Notes under the pieces: generated by a model
Databases searched by the model: none
Seen by the model: only the letters and a program-made list of their open reading frames with translations
What the model was told of the DNA's origin: nothing
Program-made: the position numbers and the translations under genes
Shown here: positions 1 through 9,402 of the stretch, piece by piece
Layout: every line of letters starts with the position of its first letter
Position numbering within the stretch: position 1 is the stretch's first letter
DNA from: a virus
Lineage: Duplodnaviria; Caudoviricetes
Direction: 5' to 3' (one strand)
IMG/VR virus record: IMGVR_UViG_3300022719_000026
Span: 1-48,786 of that record
DNA length: 48,786 nt

Positions 1-127
1 GATTGGTCGAGCAGCCACGACACCTGGGCGAACGCGATATCTGCGATGGCTGTCGGGGACACGCTGATCGTCAAGGCAGATTACGCCGAAGGGGGTATGA
101 GCGGCGCCTTGGGCTTCCCTGGGAGTA
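1..127. repeat. Terminal direct repeat (assembly overlap of a circular contig), identical to 48660..48786
   Basis: The first 127 nt (gattggtcga...gggagta) recur exactly at the end of the window, and a gene reads through the junction. Confidence 0.95.
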
Positions 128-1248
128 ACGGCACGGGGTTCTGCTATGTCGTGACGGTCGACCCGAACGACACCTCCGCCTTCCAAGAGGGGTCCGACTA
201 CAACATTCAGACGGACGCCGGGGTCATCGATCTGGGGATCAACGGGCGGGTGGTCATGATCGGGCTGCACATACGGATCGGCGACGACCTTGCTCTTGGC
301 AACTTCGACGAGTTGTATCTGTACAACGGGAAGCTAGTGGTCAACCGAGGGGGCAGCGGATCCACCGCAACGTTCAGGTCATCCGACAACTCGCAGCTAG
401 TCCTACAGGACTCGACATTCGGGTGGGACGTGCAGGACAACGCTGGGTACATGGGCGAGAGCACGCCGAACATTCACACCATCGGCGGGACGTTACTGAA
501 CCCACCCAACAGCCAGCTATGGGGCGAGGCCCTCCAAGGGGAAGTGGGCAACGGCTCCATGCGCGACCTGGATTGCTCGGGCGTTACCGGCGGCGGCTCG
601 CCGAGCTTGATGCCGGATGACATAGACGCCGGAAACCGTCTCGAGTTTACCCGCGTCAAGATCGCAGCCGGCACGGCGATTTTCTCGGGCGCGATGTATG
701 GGGAAGGCACGTCCGTAGTGGCCGAGAGCGTCGACTCGGGGGATGGGTATCAGTATTTCGAGCACCATTACTACAACGGGGTGATCTCAGAGGACGAGAG
801 CATCGACCGTCAGGGCGGCGCGACCTACGATGGCACCAACCTGTTCTCCGCGCTGTTCGAGCCGAACACGGACGTCAACATCTATTCGCCGTTGCGCTTC
901 AAGCTCGCGGAGCTGTTCTTCGATGACCTCTCCTCGGACACGACGCTCACCGTCTACCTGACGAGCGCCGCGTCGCTGACTGACACCGAGTTCTGGCTGG
1001 AGATCGAGCACCCCGACAGCACGGACCTTGCGCTCGGCACGCTCGCCTCGACGCGCAACTCCGACGTGCTCGCGACCGGCACGACGCTCTCGGCCGGCGC
1101 TCAGACGTGGAACAGCGAACGGGCTGAAGACTACAAGGTCGCGCACACCATCTCGGCGATCACGAGCGGCAAGGGCCCGGTCACGGTGTGGGCGTGCCTC
1201 GCCAAGGACACCGACGTGAACGTCTGTCCGAAGGTCGAGGTCGGCTGA
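1..1248 (+). CDS. 3' part of a ~437 aa Gly/Ser/Thr/Asp-rich putative virion appendage protein (true start at 48594, across the junction)
   Basis: ATG at 48594 overlaps the upstream TGA (ATGA) and reads MTTRYLGGG... in frame through the overlap into the 46..1248 ORF; beta-rich composition; lies in the tail module. Confidence 0.6.
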   Translation, partial: DWSSSHDTWANAISAMAVGDTLIVKADYAEGGMSGALGFPGSNGTGFCYVVTVDPNDTSAFQEGSDYNIQTDAGVIDLGINGRVVMIGLHIRIGDDLALGNFDELYLYNGKLVVNRGGSGSTATFRSSDNSQLVLQDSTFGWDVQDNAGYMGESTPNIHTIGGTLLNPPNSQLWGEALQGEVGNGSMRDLDCSGVTGGGSPSLMPDDIDAGNRLEFTRVKIAAGTAIFSGAMYGEGTSVVAESVDSGDGYQYFEHHYYNGVISEDESIDRQGGATYDGTNLFSALFEPNTDVNIYSPLRFKLAELFFDDLSSDTTLTVYLTSAASLTDTEFWLEIEHPDSTDLALGTLASTRNSDVLATGTTLSAGAQTWNSERAEDYKVAHTISAITSGKGPVTVWACLAKDTDVNVCPKVEVG

Positions 1249-1793
1249 TGGCGGACTTCGCGGAGAACCAGCAGCTCGCGCCGGGCGGCGGTCTCGTCAA
1301 CGTCGAGGAGATGCCGCAGGACGACGACCTGTTCGCGCTGATTCCGGGCGTCGGGATCGTCAAGGCGCGTGCGGCGGCTGCGGGCGGGGGTCCTACCTTC
1401 GAGCAAGCCGTCGCTGGAAGCATTACTCCTATCGGGAGCCTTGGCATCAAAGTGAAGTTCGCGGCTGGCGTCACTGGCAGCAGCACGCCCAGCGGAGCAG
1501 TCATCAAGCGAGTGCGCACGGGAGTAAGTGGGAGCGTTACCCCGAGCGGGGCCACGGTTAAGAAAACTGCAAAAGGAGTCTCCGGCAGCATTTCTCCGAG
1601 CGGGTCCGTTCTGAAGAAGGTGGGTAAGGCGGTAGCCGGCAGCCTCGCCCCGGCGGGTGCCCTCTACGTGACATGGAAGCAGGCGCTTGCCGGGAGCACG
1701 ACTCCCTCGGGGTCGCTGGCCTCTCAGCTCATCGTCAAGAGCGGGATCGGTGGTATAATCGTCTGGCTCCGTCGCCGGCGGAAGGCACCATAG
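1248..1793 (+). CDS. Hypothetical virion/tail-associated protein with ~19-aa GVxGSxTPSG repeats
   Basis: ATG at 1248 overlaps the previous stop (TGATG); repeats GVTGSSTPSG, GVSGSVTPSG, GVSGSISPSG, ALAGSTTPSG. Confidence 0.6.
   Translation: MADFAENQQLAPGGGLVNVEEMPQDDDLFALIPGVGIVKARAAAAGGGPTFEQAVAGSITPIGSLGIKVKFAAGVTGSSTPSGAVIKRVRTGVSGSVTPSGATVKKTAKGVSGSISPSGSVLKKVGKAVAGSLAPAGALYVTWKQALAGSTTPSGSLASQLIVKSGIGGIIVWLRRRRKAP
1751..1759 (+). promoter_or_regulatory. Possible extended -10 promoter (TGGTATAAT) upstream of 1803..2817
   Basis: Perfect TGnTATAAT in a GC-rich genome, 44 nt before the next start; no -35 seen. Confidence 0.35.
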
Positions 1794-1802
1794 GAGAGAG
1801 CA

Positions 1803-2159
1803 ATGGCGGTCATCAGCTACAAGGAGGAGTTCTCGACCATCCGCTTCGGCCACGGGGTCAAAGTGGTGAAGTGGGAGGAGATCACCGAGAACGACACGTG
1901 TCAGGTGTACGAGGACGGGGCCGGCAGCGACAAGTCCGTGCACGTCAACGGCAGCTTCGGTGGCGGAAGCGTCAGCCTGCTCGGGTCCAACGACGGATCG
2001 AACTTCCCCATCCTCAAGGACCTCGACGGGAGTGCGATCACCATGTCGAGCGAGGGACTCGTGACCGTGCGCGAGAACGTGCGGTACTACAAGCCCGGGA
2101 CTCCGGGAGGAACGGGCGTCAGCGTCAGCGTGTACATGCTGACCAAGGTGGTGCGGTAG
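1803..2159 (+). CDS. Hypothetical beta-rich virion protein
   Basis: RBS (aggagag) plus ATG; VNGSFGGGSVSLLGSNDGSNF resembles small phage beta-sandwich proteins. Confidence 0.6.
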   Translation: MAVISYKEEFSTIRFGHGVKVVKWEEITENDTCQVYEDGAGSDKSVHVNGSFGGGSVSLLGSNDGSNFPILKDLDGSAITMSSEGLVTVRENVRYYKPGTPGGTGVSVSVYMLTKVVR

Positions 2160-2192
2160 GTATCACGTGATACCCAACAGGAGGGCAGGCAG

Positions 2193-2606
2193 ATGGTGGG
2201 AGCACTGGTAGGCGCGGGACTCAAGCTGGGAACGACGCTCATCGAGCGGTTCTTCCCCGACCCGAAGCAGCAAGCCGAGGCCAAGCTCAAGCTGCTGGAG
2301 ATGGAGCAGCACGGAGAGCTGGCCGAGCTGGAGGCAGCCGCCGGCATCGTGCGCGCGGAGGCGGAGTCGGAGCACTGGCTCACCGCCAACTGGCGCCCGC
2401 TGACGATGCTGACGTTCGTCGTCATCATCGCCAACAACTACATCCTCTACCCGTACCTCAGCCTGTTCTGGACGGACGCGCCGTCGCTCGCCATCCCGCC
2501 CGACATGTGGGATCTGCTGAAGATCGGGCTCGGCGGCTACGTGGTCGGGCGCTCGGCGGAGAAGACGGTCAAGCTGTGGCGGGCGAAGGAGAGCGCAGAT
2601 GGCTGA
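2193..2606 (+). CDS. Holin, 3TM (GTA-type) family
   Basis: IERFFPDP..AEAKL, AEAESEHWLTANWRP, hydrophobic helix, WDLLKIGLGGYVVGRSAEK are typical of this family. Confidence 0.8.
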   Translation: MVGALVGAGLKLGTTLIERFFPDPKQQAEAKLKLLEMEQHGELAELEAAAGIVRAEAESEHWLTANWRPLTMLTFVVIIANNYILYPYLSLFWTDAPSLAIPPDMWDLLKIGLGGYVVGRSAEKTVKLWRAKESADG

Positions 2607-2817
2607 GCTAATCCTCGTGACCGTGTGCATCCTCGGGACGGTACCGCAGAGCTGCGCGACCGCTCGCTTTCGTGAGCCCGAGTTCTACATGAGCAAGGAG
2701 GCGTGCGCCGAAGCGGGCTACCGTCTCGCTCGGGCGATAGCTGTGCGCAGGCTCGAAGCGAAGATCGGAGACGAGTTCAGGTCAATAGCGACCTGTCGTA
2801 TGGTCAGTGGCGCTTGA
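2599..2817 (+). CDS. Small Cys-containing hypothetical protein with hydrophobic N-terminus
   Basis: RBS aaggag, overlaps holin end; last gene of the plus arm. Confidence 0.55.
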   Translation: MAELILVTVCILGTVPQSCATARFREPEFYMSKEACAEAGYRLARAIAVRRLEAKIGDEFRSIATCRMVSGA

Positions 2818-2916
2818 ATCTGTACGGCCGCAGGAGCTACGATCTCCTGACCCGGTAGGGTGGTAGCGGGTGCCCCGAGAAGTCTACGCCTGCCGCAGCC
2901 TCGCAAGCGTCCGGGG

Positions 2917-3390
2917 TCATTCTGAGGCTATCCTAACCCTGCCGTAGACGGCCAGCAGCGCCGCCTCGCAGCGCCCGTCGAGGAGGCCCATGCGCTCGCC
3001 CCACCACAGGTGGCGATAGCGGTCTCCGAAGTGCTCGACGCACTTGACGAGCGATGACTCCTTCTCCGCCGTCACCCCCATCCTCGGCTTCCACACGCTC
3101 GCCTGTACCTCCTCGTAGGGGACGCGAGCGTACTCCAGCATGCCGATGATGATGCCGTACTCGCGGAGGTAGTTGGCCGTCGAGGACACTCCCTGTGCCC
3201 TGGCGCCTCCCTTGCGCATCGGCTGCGCCCGCTCGATCCAGACGCGCGCTTCAGCCGTGCAGGCGATCCGCTCGACGGCTTCTCCAAGAGAGGAGCGGTC
3301 GCCGGGCATGTCGATCACGTGCAGGACCTCTCCGCCCAGGAAGGCGAGGGCGCCGGACTTGCCGGGGTCGATGCCGACGCAGACGGCCAC
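2917..3390 (-). CDS. RuvC-like Holliday junction resolvase
   Basis: VGIDPGKSGA, VWIE and DGRCEAALLA RNase H-fold acidic motifs. Confidence 0.8.
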   Translation of the reverse strand: MAVCVGIDPGKSGALAFLGGEVLHVIDMPGDRSSLGEAVERIACTAEARVWIERAQPMRKGGARAQGVSSTANYLREYGIIIGMLEYARVPYEEVQASVWKPRMGVTAEKESSLVKCVEHFGDRYRHLWWGERMGLLDGRCEAALLAVYGRVRIASE

Positions 3391-3941
3391 TACGCTACCC
3401 CCAGCTCGTTACCCCAGGAGTCCCAGCCTCGCGCGCGCTCGCGAGCGAACAGCTCGATGCGCGATAGGTCTCCCATGAGGGCGACGATCCTGTCGCGAAC
3501 TACGGGAGGCTTCGCCGAGTGCCTGCCCGCGCTCGCCTCGACTACTTGGTGCACGCTCGCGCTCACTCGCGAGGGCCTGCCTCTGGCACCCAGGAGGCAG
3601 AACTCCGTGTTCGAGCGCGTCCACTGACCCATGCCCCACAGCAGAGACCCACTTGGATCGTTGCGCTTCACCCACACGAACGCGACCGTGCGGTAGATGA
3701 AGCCCCACTCCCTCATGACCCACAGGGCCTCCTGCACTTTCGGCCAAGTGGCCCACATGAACAGGGCGCAGCTGTCGCTCGCTATGCGCCCGACCGGGAG
3801 GGCGGCGATCTCCTCGTCGGTCATGAGGTCGTACTTGTGGAACGCGCCGCGCTCGCCCGCGCTGGCCTTGTCTCGGTACGTCCACGCGGGATCCGCGTAG
3901 ACGATCTCGTAGCGCTTGCGCGTGCTGTAGATGTTGATCAC
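3390..3941 (-). CDS. MT-A70 family adenine methyltransferase
   Basis: IVYADPAW (DPPW-like), ALFMWAT, WGF.Y....FVWVK, HSAKP, RIELFAR, GWDSWGNE. Confidence 0.85.
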   Translation of the reverse strand: MINIYSTRKRYEIVYADPAWTYRDKASAGERGAFHKYDLMTDEEIAALPVGRIASDSCALFMWATWPKVQEALWVMREWGFIYRTVAFVWVKRNDPSGSLLWGMGQWTRSNTEFCLLGARGRPSRVSASVHQVVEASAGRHSAKPPVVRDRIVALMGDLSRIELFARERARGWDSWGNELGVA

Positions 3942-4123
3942 TCGCTCTCCTTCTTCGCGATCGTCACCAGCACGTAGTCGCCGGTCTCTTGGTCGAGGAA
4001 CCCCTCGACAACGCGCCTCCCGTTGTGGTCGCTGCCGATGTCTGCCTTGCGGAACGTGTCACGGTCCACTACGTCGGCGCTGTATTTCGGCCCGGTGTCC
4101 TTCTTCTTTCTGAACATCGCCAT
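3938..4123 (-). CDS. Hypothetical protein (61 aa)
   Basis: Fills the gap between the polymerase and MTase genes, with coupled stop/start. Confidence 0.55.
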   Translation of the reverse strand: MAMFRKKKDTGPKYSADVVDRDTFRKADIGSDHNGRRVVEGFLDQETGDYVLVTIAKKESE

Positions 4124-4131
4124 TGGTTACC

Positions 4132-6153
4132 TCACTTGCGATACCTGTCGCCCGTCCACACGTCGGCGTCGATGGGCCACTCGGCCCACCATGGCTCGGG
4201 TTCCAGCATGAGTTCCCTGTACTCCCCCACGCTCCCGAAGCCGACGGGAACCTCGCTCACCGCCTCGTCGTACACGGAGAGTATCACGTGATACCCACTG
4301 CGGTCGATGCGAAGCAGAGCCGGCATCAGCACCTCTCTGGCGTGCGCCTGCGTCACCAGCCCGCACAGTCGACCACCGTACCCGCTGATGCGGCGCCACT
4401 GCCCCTCCTTCATGCTCATGTACGTCAACTGGGGGCGTGGTACGCAGTCGCACTCTCCAGTAGCGCACTCGACCTTCGTGTCCGGGTCGTGCCAGTGCGG
4501 CATGCTGATGCGCATCTGCGGGTCCCATAGCCACAGGCGCTTGCTGCTCAACAGTCGGATGCTCAGCCAGTTCTCGACCATTCGGAACTCGATCGGACCG
4601 ACCTCGGTGTCCCTCCCCGTGGTGACGCAGCGAGCAGCCGCATGCTCAAGGTCGTACCAGAACGAGACGATGCGCGGGTGCTTCTCGCGCCACGCTCGGC
4701 AGTAAGCTATCACCTCCTCGTCCGAGTGGTCGCTGCTCGCTTTCGGGTCCTGCGTGCGCCACGCTCCGAGCGCACCCCCGTACCCGAACGCCAACTCCCC
4801 TTGCTTGCCCGCCTGCCGCTGCTTCGGGAACTTGTCCTTGAAGGCGCTTTTGTCGGCGCGGGCCAGTATCAGCGCTTCCTCACCCAGCCCGAACATCTCG
4901 TACGCCATCAGCTCGTAGATAGGCTCCTTGTGCCTGAAGGCTTCGATCTTCCAGTCTTCCTCCGCGAGGCAGGCGAGTATGACGGCCTCGATCGAGGTAT
5001 AGTCTCCCGCGTATATCTGACGCCTTGGCTCAGCGCAGATGTGGTGGCGCACGGCTTTCGCTACGGCGTCCATCGCGTCCCCGTACATGCAGTCGAGGAA
5101 CGCGGGACTCCTGTGCGAGATGTCGCGCACGAGCTGCTCGGGAGGCACGTCCTCCATGCTGCGCTTGAGGTTGAGGGGCTGGAATCCGGTGCCTGTCGCT
5201 CGCCCGCTGTTCGCCCCGTGGTAGCGCGTCTGGTATCTGGCCCGCCCGTCGCGCGCGCGATTGCGCAACATGGCAACGAGCTTCTTCGTGCTGGCCTTGT
5301 TGTACTGACGTCGCAGCTCAAGCGCTCTGTAAGCCTCGCCCTCCGGCGTGAAGTCGTGCAGGCCGGCGAGCAACTCCTCGATGTAGTCTCCCTGTAGGCT
5401 CTCGACCGGACACCCTCGCTCGCGAAGCCACGCGCTGACCTTGGCGTGCTGAAGCGGGCCGAGGCCGGTTATCTCGCGGAACTCACGCTCCAGCTCTCCT
5501 GCCCTCTGCTTGACCACTGCGATTGAGTCGCCGATGCTGCCTGCATCGAGGTACAACCCTCGCAGGTTGATGCGCTGGTCGAGGAGGAAGACGGCCAGCT
5601 CTTGCTCGGGTAGGTCCCCGAGGAAGTCAGAGACTGTCTCCTCCAGCAGCACGTCGCGCTTGCAGTAGTCGACGAATTTCTGATGGTCCTCCTCGGGTAT
5701 CTCTGCGCGCGACGTCTTGAGGTACAGCTTCGAGTACCGGCTGATGAGGCGCCCGCCCTCGGGATCCTTGCCCTCCATGCCGAGGGCTCGGCAGCACTTA
5801 TCGAGGGCTTGCGGCAGCGAGTAGTAGGCCGCGACCGCCATTGTGTCTCGCCACTGCTCGTCTCGGGGGAGCGGCCAGTCGTGCCGTGGGCCGAGCACGT
5901 TCTCCCACAGGGAGCGCTCGAAGCTGACGTTCCACGCCTCGATGGCGTGGCCCTCGTCGAGCGCCTCGAACAGGTCCTCGGGAGGTGGGCAGCCTGCTAT
6001 GCCGTCGACCTCGGGCCACCACTCTCGGATGGGCTCGTCGTCGATGGCGTAACAGGCACAGAGGATCTCCGTGGTCGGGTGCTCGGAGTAGACCCACGAG
6101 CCAACCTGGGGCAGGTTGGCGTAGCTTCGAGTCTCAAGGTCGAGCGTGATCAT
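4132..6153 (-). CDS. polA: DNA polymerase family A (APSE/BPP-1 type) with 3'-5' exonuclease
   Basis: ExoI DLET, ExoII WNVSFE, ExoIII YCKRD; motif A DYTSIE, motif B RQAGKQGELAFGYG, motif C SVYDE. Confidence 0.92.
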   Translation of the reverse strand: MITLDLETRSYANLPQVGSWVYSEHPTTEILCACYAIDDEPIREWWPEVDGIAGCPPPEDLFEALDEGHAIEAWNVSFERSLWENVLGPRHDWPLPRDEQWRDTMAVAAYYSLPQALDKCCRALGMEGKDPEGGRLISRYSKLYLKTSRAEIPEEDHQKFVDYCKRDVLLEETVSDFLGDLPEQELAVFLLDQRINLRGLYLDAGSIGDSIAVVKQRAGELEREFREITGLGPLQHAKVSAWLRERGCPVESLQGDYIEELLAGLHDFTPEGEAYRALELRRQYNKASTKKLVAMLRNRARDGRARYQTRYHGANSGRATGTGFQPLNLKRSMEDVPPEQLVRDISHRSPAFLDCMYGDAMDAVAKAVRHHICAEPRRQIYAGDYTSIEAVILACLAEEDWKIEAFRHKEPIYELMAYEMFGLGEEALILARADKSAFKDKFPKQRQAGKQGELAFGYGGALGAWRTQDPKASSDHSDEEVIAYCRAWREKHPRIVSFWYDLEHAAARCVTTGRDTEVGPIEFRMVENWLSIRLLSSKRLWLWDPQMRISMPHWHDPDTKVECATGECDCVPRPQLTYMSMKEGQWRRISGYGGRLCGLVTQAHAREVLMPALLRIDRSGYHVILSVYDEAVSEVPVGFGSVGEYRELMLEPEPWWAEWPIDADVWTGDRYRK

Positions 6154-6163
6154 CAGGTGCAGC

Positions 6164-6241
6164 CTAAAAGGCGCTGCACAACGCGACGAGGACGTACGCG
6201 CAGATCACGATCCCGATCGCGATGAAGATCCACTCCAGCAT
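6164..6241 (-). CDS. 25-aa single-TM peptide (MLEWIFIAIGIVICAYVLVALCSAF)
   Basis: Translated by hand; fills the gap between 6246..6914 and polA; entirely hydrophobic. Confidence 0.4.
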   Translation of the reverse strand: MLEWIFIAIGIVICAYVLVALCSAF

Positions 6242-6245
6242 GACG

Positions 6246-6914
6246 TCACCCCACGTCGGCCGGATACAACGTGGAGAAGCCGTCGTCGTCTACCTTCTCG
6301 GGGGTCATCGGCTCGCCGTCCGTCGTGCCGACCTCGCGCGGCTGGTTGCGAGCGAACAGGTCGGTCAGGCGCTTGGCCTCGGTGACCAGATCGACCAGCT
6401 CGATCTCGGTGAGAGGGCTGCGCTCCCGTGCGGCCATGAGGAAACGGATGGCTCGGTTGAACGCGTGCTTGCGGCGCGCGCGCAGCTCGTCTTCCGCCTG
6501 CTTGCGTATGTGTTGGTCGCGAGCGTGTTCCATCAGCCCTTCCTGAGTGCCGCCCTCCCACACCCAGCACATGCGAGCGCCGGAGATGTGCGTGTTGCTG
6601 AATGGAGCCGGCATGTCTATCCCGCTCTCGCGGGCTAGGTTGCGCGCCGCGTTGTACAGCGCTCCGAACCCTCGTTGCTCCGCGTCGCTCTCGCTCGGCA
6701 GCTTGCCTCGTCGCACCATGTCGCGCGCCGTCTCACACAGGTGGGGCGACGACGAGGACCTCGTGCTCGACGGGTATGACGCCCCTTCACCTTGCGAGAC
6801 AATCTTCAGGTCGATGTCTCCGCCGTGGTTGAGAGCGTTCAGCTCAGCATTGCTCACGGTGACGACGAGCGTCAACTGACCGGGAGCTGTAGGCTCTACT
6901 TTCACTAGTCTCAT
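6246..6914 (-). CDS. Hypothetical protein (222 aa)
   Basis: RBS aggagg plus ATG, just downstream of a palindrome copy. Confidence 0.65.
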   Translation of the reverse strand: MRLVKVEPTAPGQLTLVVTVSNAELNALNHGGDIDLKIVSQGEGASYPSSTRSSSSPHLCETARDMVRRGKLPSESDAEQRGFGALYNAARNLARESGIDMPAPFSNTHISGARMCWVWEGGTQEGLMEHARDQHIRKQAEDELRARRKHAFNRAIRFLMAARERSPLTEIELVDLVTEAKRLTDLFARNQPREVGTTDGEPMTPEKVDDDGFSTLYPADVG

Positions 6915-6958
6915 GCCTGCCTCCTGTCGTCGGGTATCACGTGATACCCAGTTGGTCG

Positions 6959-6978
6959 GGGGAGGCTAGTGCCTCCCC
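6959..6978 (-). terminator. Hairpin after the SSB gene
   Basis: ggggaggc-tagt-gcctcccc; no clear U-tract. Confidence 0.4.
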
Positions 6979-7006
6979 GTACCTACCAGCGGACCGAACA
7001 CGCTCG

Positions 7007-7636
7007 CTACCGAGTGCGACGCCGGTTCCTGCGCTTCTCGCCGCCCTCGCGACCCACCGGCTTGAACAACGTGCTGCGGTCGGCCGCCCGGACCAGCCGC
7101 TCGCCGTCGCGCGTCTTCTGGAAGGCGGCGAGGTACAGCTTGATGCCCGGGTTCCCCTCGTCCGTCTCGTAGAAGCCGACGTTGACGCCGACGATGCCGT
7201 AGCAGCCCGGGTACACCTCGCTCTGCCGTGCGGGAAGGATGCGCTCGGCGTCCGGATCGTACACCTGCACGCCGCCGGCCGCGTCCAGCCCGTCGCCGTT
7301 GTAGAGCGTGCTGGCCCGGATGACGGTCATGCCCTTGTAGGCGTCGCCGTCCTTCCCCTTCTTCTCGCGCTTCGCCGCGAGCTTGTTGCCGCTGAGCAGG
7401 GGCAGCACGAGGTCCTCGTCGTCGCCGGTGCCCTCGCCCCACTTGCGATCGGCGAGGTCGAGGAGGAAGTCCTCCAGGACGCCCACCTCCTCGTTGTCCT
7501 CGGGGATAGCGACCTCGACCTTGTACGCCGGGGTGGCCCGATCGTTGTAGGCGTCCTTCACGAACAGGTTGTGATTGATCACCCGGGCCTCGGGCAGGGT
7601 GAATGCGTCGAGCTTCAGGTCGTCCTTCTCGGCCAT
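7007..7636 (-). CDS. DUF2815-like ssDNA-binding protein
   Basis: RBS gaggag plus ATG at 7636; EVYPGCYG..VN...Y...GNPGI..YL..FQK.RDGERL motif; follows DUF2800. Confidence 0.8.
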   Translation of the reverse strand: MAEKDDLKLDAFTLPEARVINHNLFVKDAYNDRATPAYKVEVAIPEDNEEVGVLEDFLLDLADRKWGEGTGDDEDLVLPLLSGNKLAAKREKKGKDGDAYKGMTVIRASTLYNGDGLDAAGGVQVYDPDAERILPARQSEVYPGCYGIVGVNVGFYETDEGNPGIKLYLAAFQKTRDGERLVRAADRSTLFKPVGREGGEKRRNRRRTR

Positions 7637-7647
7637 TGCGTTGCTCC

Positions 7648-8877
7648 TCACTTGACTACGGGCTTGAACAGGGACTTGGCGTCCCGCTTGATCTCCCGTC
7701 GTGGGTCGCCCTCGACCACGATGGTCGTACCGCCCTCGGGCTTGAACGCCCATCGGGCGGTGAACTCCGTACCTCCGGGAAGGGTGTCGATCTGCGCCGG
7801 GCTCTTGAGCACCGGCGTGGTGTACGCCAGCTTCTCGCCGAACTTCTTGACGGCGGCCTTGTCCGCCCCGTCCTTGAACTCGCGGTTCGTGCGCGACTTC
7901 ACCAGCTTCACACCGGGCACCTTGTGCCCGTTGCTTTCGAGGGCGTGCGCCGTCTTGAGCGCACCCTTGAGCACGATCTTGTGGATCTCGTTCAGCTGGA
8001 TGATACGCCCCAGCTGCTCGGGGGTCAGCGCCTCCGCCCCCTTACCCTTGTTGTCGATGACTTCGTTCGCCATGAGCAACAGTTCCTCCAACTCGGCCAT
8101 GTCCCGCATGAGAGCCGGGCACTGCGCCAGCCGCGCGGGGCAGAACCGGCAGTGCTCGCCCGACTGAGTATCACGTGATACCTCCGCCCGCTCCATCGCT
8201 GGTAGCAGCACGTCGCCCAGCCAAGCGTCGAGGTCTTCGACGCTCATCTCCTCGAATCGGTGTGCGCCTTCTGGGTGCCATCCCCTCGGCTGGTAGATAT
8301 GGAGCCGCACGCGATCGACGTCGTCCCACAGCTCGTGCTCCTCTAGTACGCCGCAGCCGTAGTAGCGAAGCTGGGGGTTGTCTGTGGCGTCGACCATGAT
8401 GCCGGCCCCGTGCTTGTAGTCCCACACGTCGAGCACGTGGCAGCTGAGGAGGGGATCGTAACTGACGACCCAGTAGTCGGCGCGCCCGTAGTACAGCCGG
8501 TGCAGACTTGGACAGTGAAAGTCCTCCTCGATGGCGTATTTAGCGTGCGTGCCGAAGCCCCACTCCCCGATGACGCGAACGAACCCGTCGACGCAATCGG
8601 CCATCTCCTTGTCGACGAACAGTTCGTCACCATTCGGCAGGGTGTAACCCTCTCCCGGCTCGTCTCCCCGCTTGATGAGCGTCCACGGCTCCTCACCCGT
8701 GCGCAGGCAGTACTCCATCAGCGCGTGAGCCGCCGTGCCCTGCGCCGCGTACTCGCTCTCCGGGTCCTCGATCCCCTCAGAGAGTTGGACCGATCCGGGG
8801 CACACCATCCAGCGGTGTGCCCCGGAGGCCCCGAGTGGCGAGTGCTCCGGCAGTCCTTCCATACTCGCCGCGCCCAT
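7648..8877 (-). CDS. DUF2800 Cas4-like PD-(D/E)xK nuclease
   Basis: HS.LGASGAHRW..CPGS, GTAAH, GRAD, VWDYKHG, NPQLRYY, HIYQPR, GEHCRFCPA. Confidence 0.88.
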   Translation of the reverse strand: MGAASMEGLPEHSPLGASGAHRWMVCPGSVQLSEGIEDPESEYAAQGTAAHALMEYCLRTGEEPWTLIKRGDEPGEGYTLPNGDELFVDKEMADCVDGFVRVIGEWGFGTHAKYAIEEDFHCPSLHRLYYGRADYWVVSYDPLLSCHVLDVWDYKHGAGIMVDATDNPQLRYYGCGVLEEHELWDDVDRVRLHIYQPRGWHPEGAHRFEEMSVEDLDAWLGDVLLPAMERAEVSRDTQSGEHCRFCPARLAQCPALMRDMAELEELLLMANEVIDNKGKGAEALTPEQLGRIIQLNEIHKIVLKGALKTAHALESNGHKVPGVKLVKSRTNREFKDGADKAAVKKFGEKLAYTTPVLKSPAQIDTLPGGTEFTARWAFKPEGGTTIVVEGDPRREIKRDAKSLFKPVVK

Positions 8878-8878
8878 G

Positions 8879-9379
8879 TCAGTCGTCCTCCTGCATGTTG
8901 AAGTTCAGCTCGTCGATGAACTCCTCCCGCTTCTCGGCGGGGATGTCCGCGATCTTGCCGGACTCGGAGTAGTCGGCCACGATCTCGCGGATCACCGACT
9001 CGTCGAGGACCTCGGCCGCCCTGCTCGCCGCCTTCGACACGTCCTCCTTCGACGGCCCGCTCGGCTCGTCGGCCGACTTCGAGCGCCGACGCCGACCCGA
9101 GGGCTTGGCCTTCTCCTCCACCTTCTCCTCCACCTTCTCCTCCACCTTCTCCTCCACCTTCTCCTCGGACTTCGCCTTTCCGCCGCGCCTGCGACGGCCG
9201 CCCGAGGGCTTCTCCTCGGGGGAGTCGATGCCGGAGCCGGAGGTCTGACCCGCCGCCTCCAGGGTCATGCTGAGCATGCCGAGCACGTCGGTCAGCTCCA
9301 ACTTGGAGGGGCTCTCGAGCGTCACGTCCACGCGCGTGCCCTCTCCACACGGCTCGACGCTGATTCTGGTCACCTTCAT
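8879..9379 (-). CDS. Acidic hypothetical protein with EEKV tandem repeats
   Basis: RBS agaggag plus ATG at 9379; 12-bp tandem repeat at about 9110-9165. Confidence 0.7.
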   Translation of the reverse strand: MKVTRISVEPCGEGTRVDVTLESPSKLELTDVLGMLSMTLEAAGQTSGSGIDSPEEKPSGGRRRRGGKAKSEEKVEEKVEEKVEEKVEEKAKPSGRRRRSKSADEPSGPSKEDVSKAASRAAEVLDESVIREIVADYSESGKIADIPAEKREEFIDELNFNMQEDD

Positions 9380-9402
9380 CTTCACTTCTCCTCTGTTGGG
9401 TA

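Noticed and set aside
1-127. Terminal direct repeat as biological phage termini
   Set aside because: 127 nt matches a common assembler k-mer and falls inside a gene; best read as circular overlap
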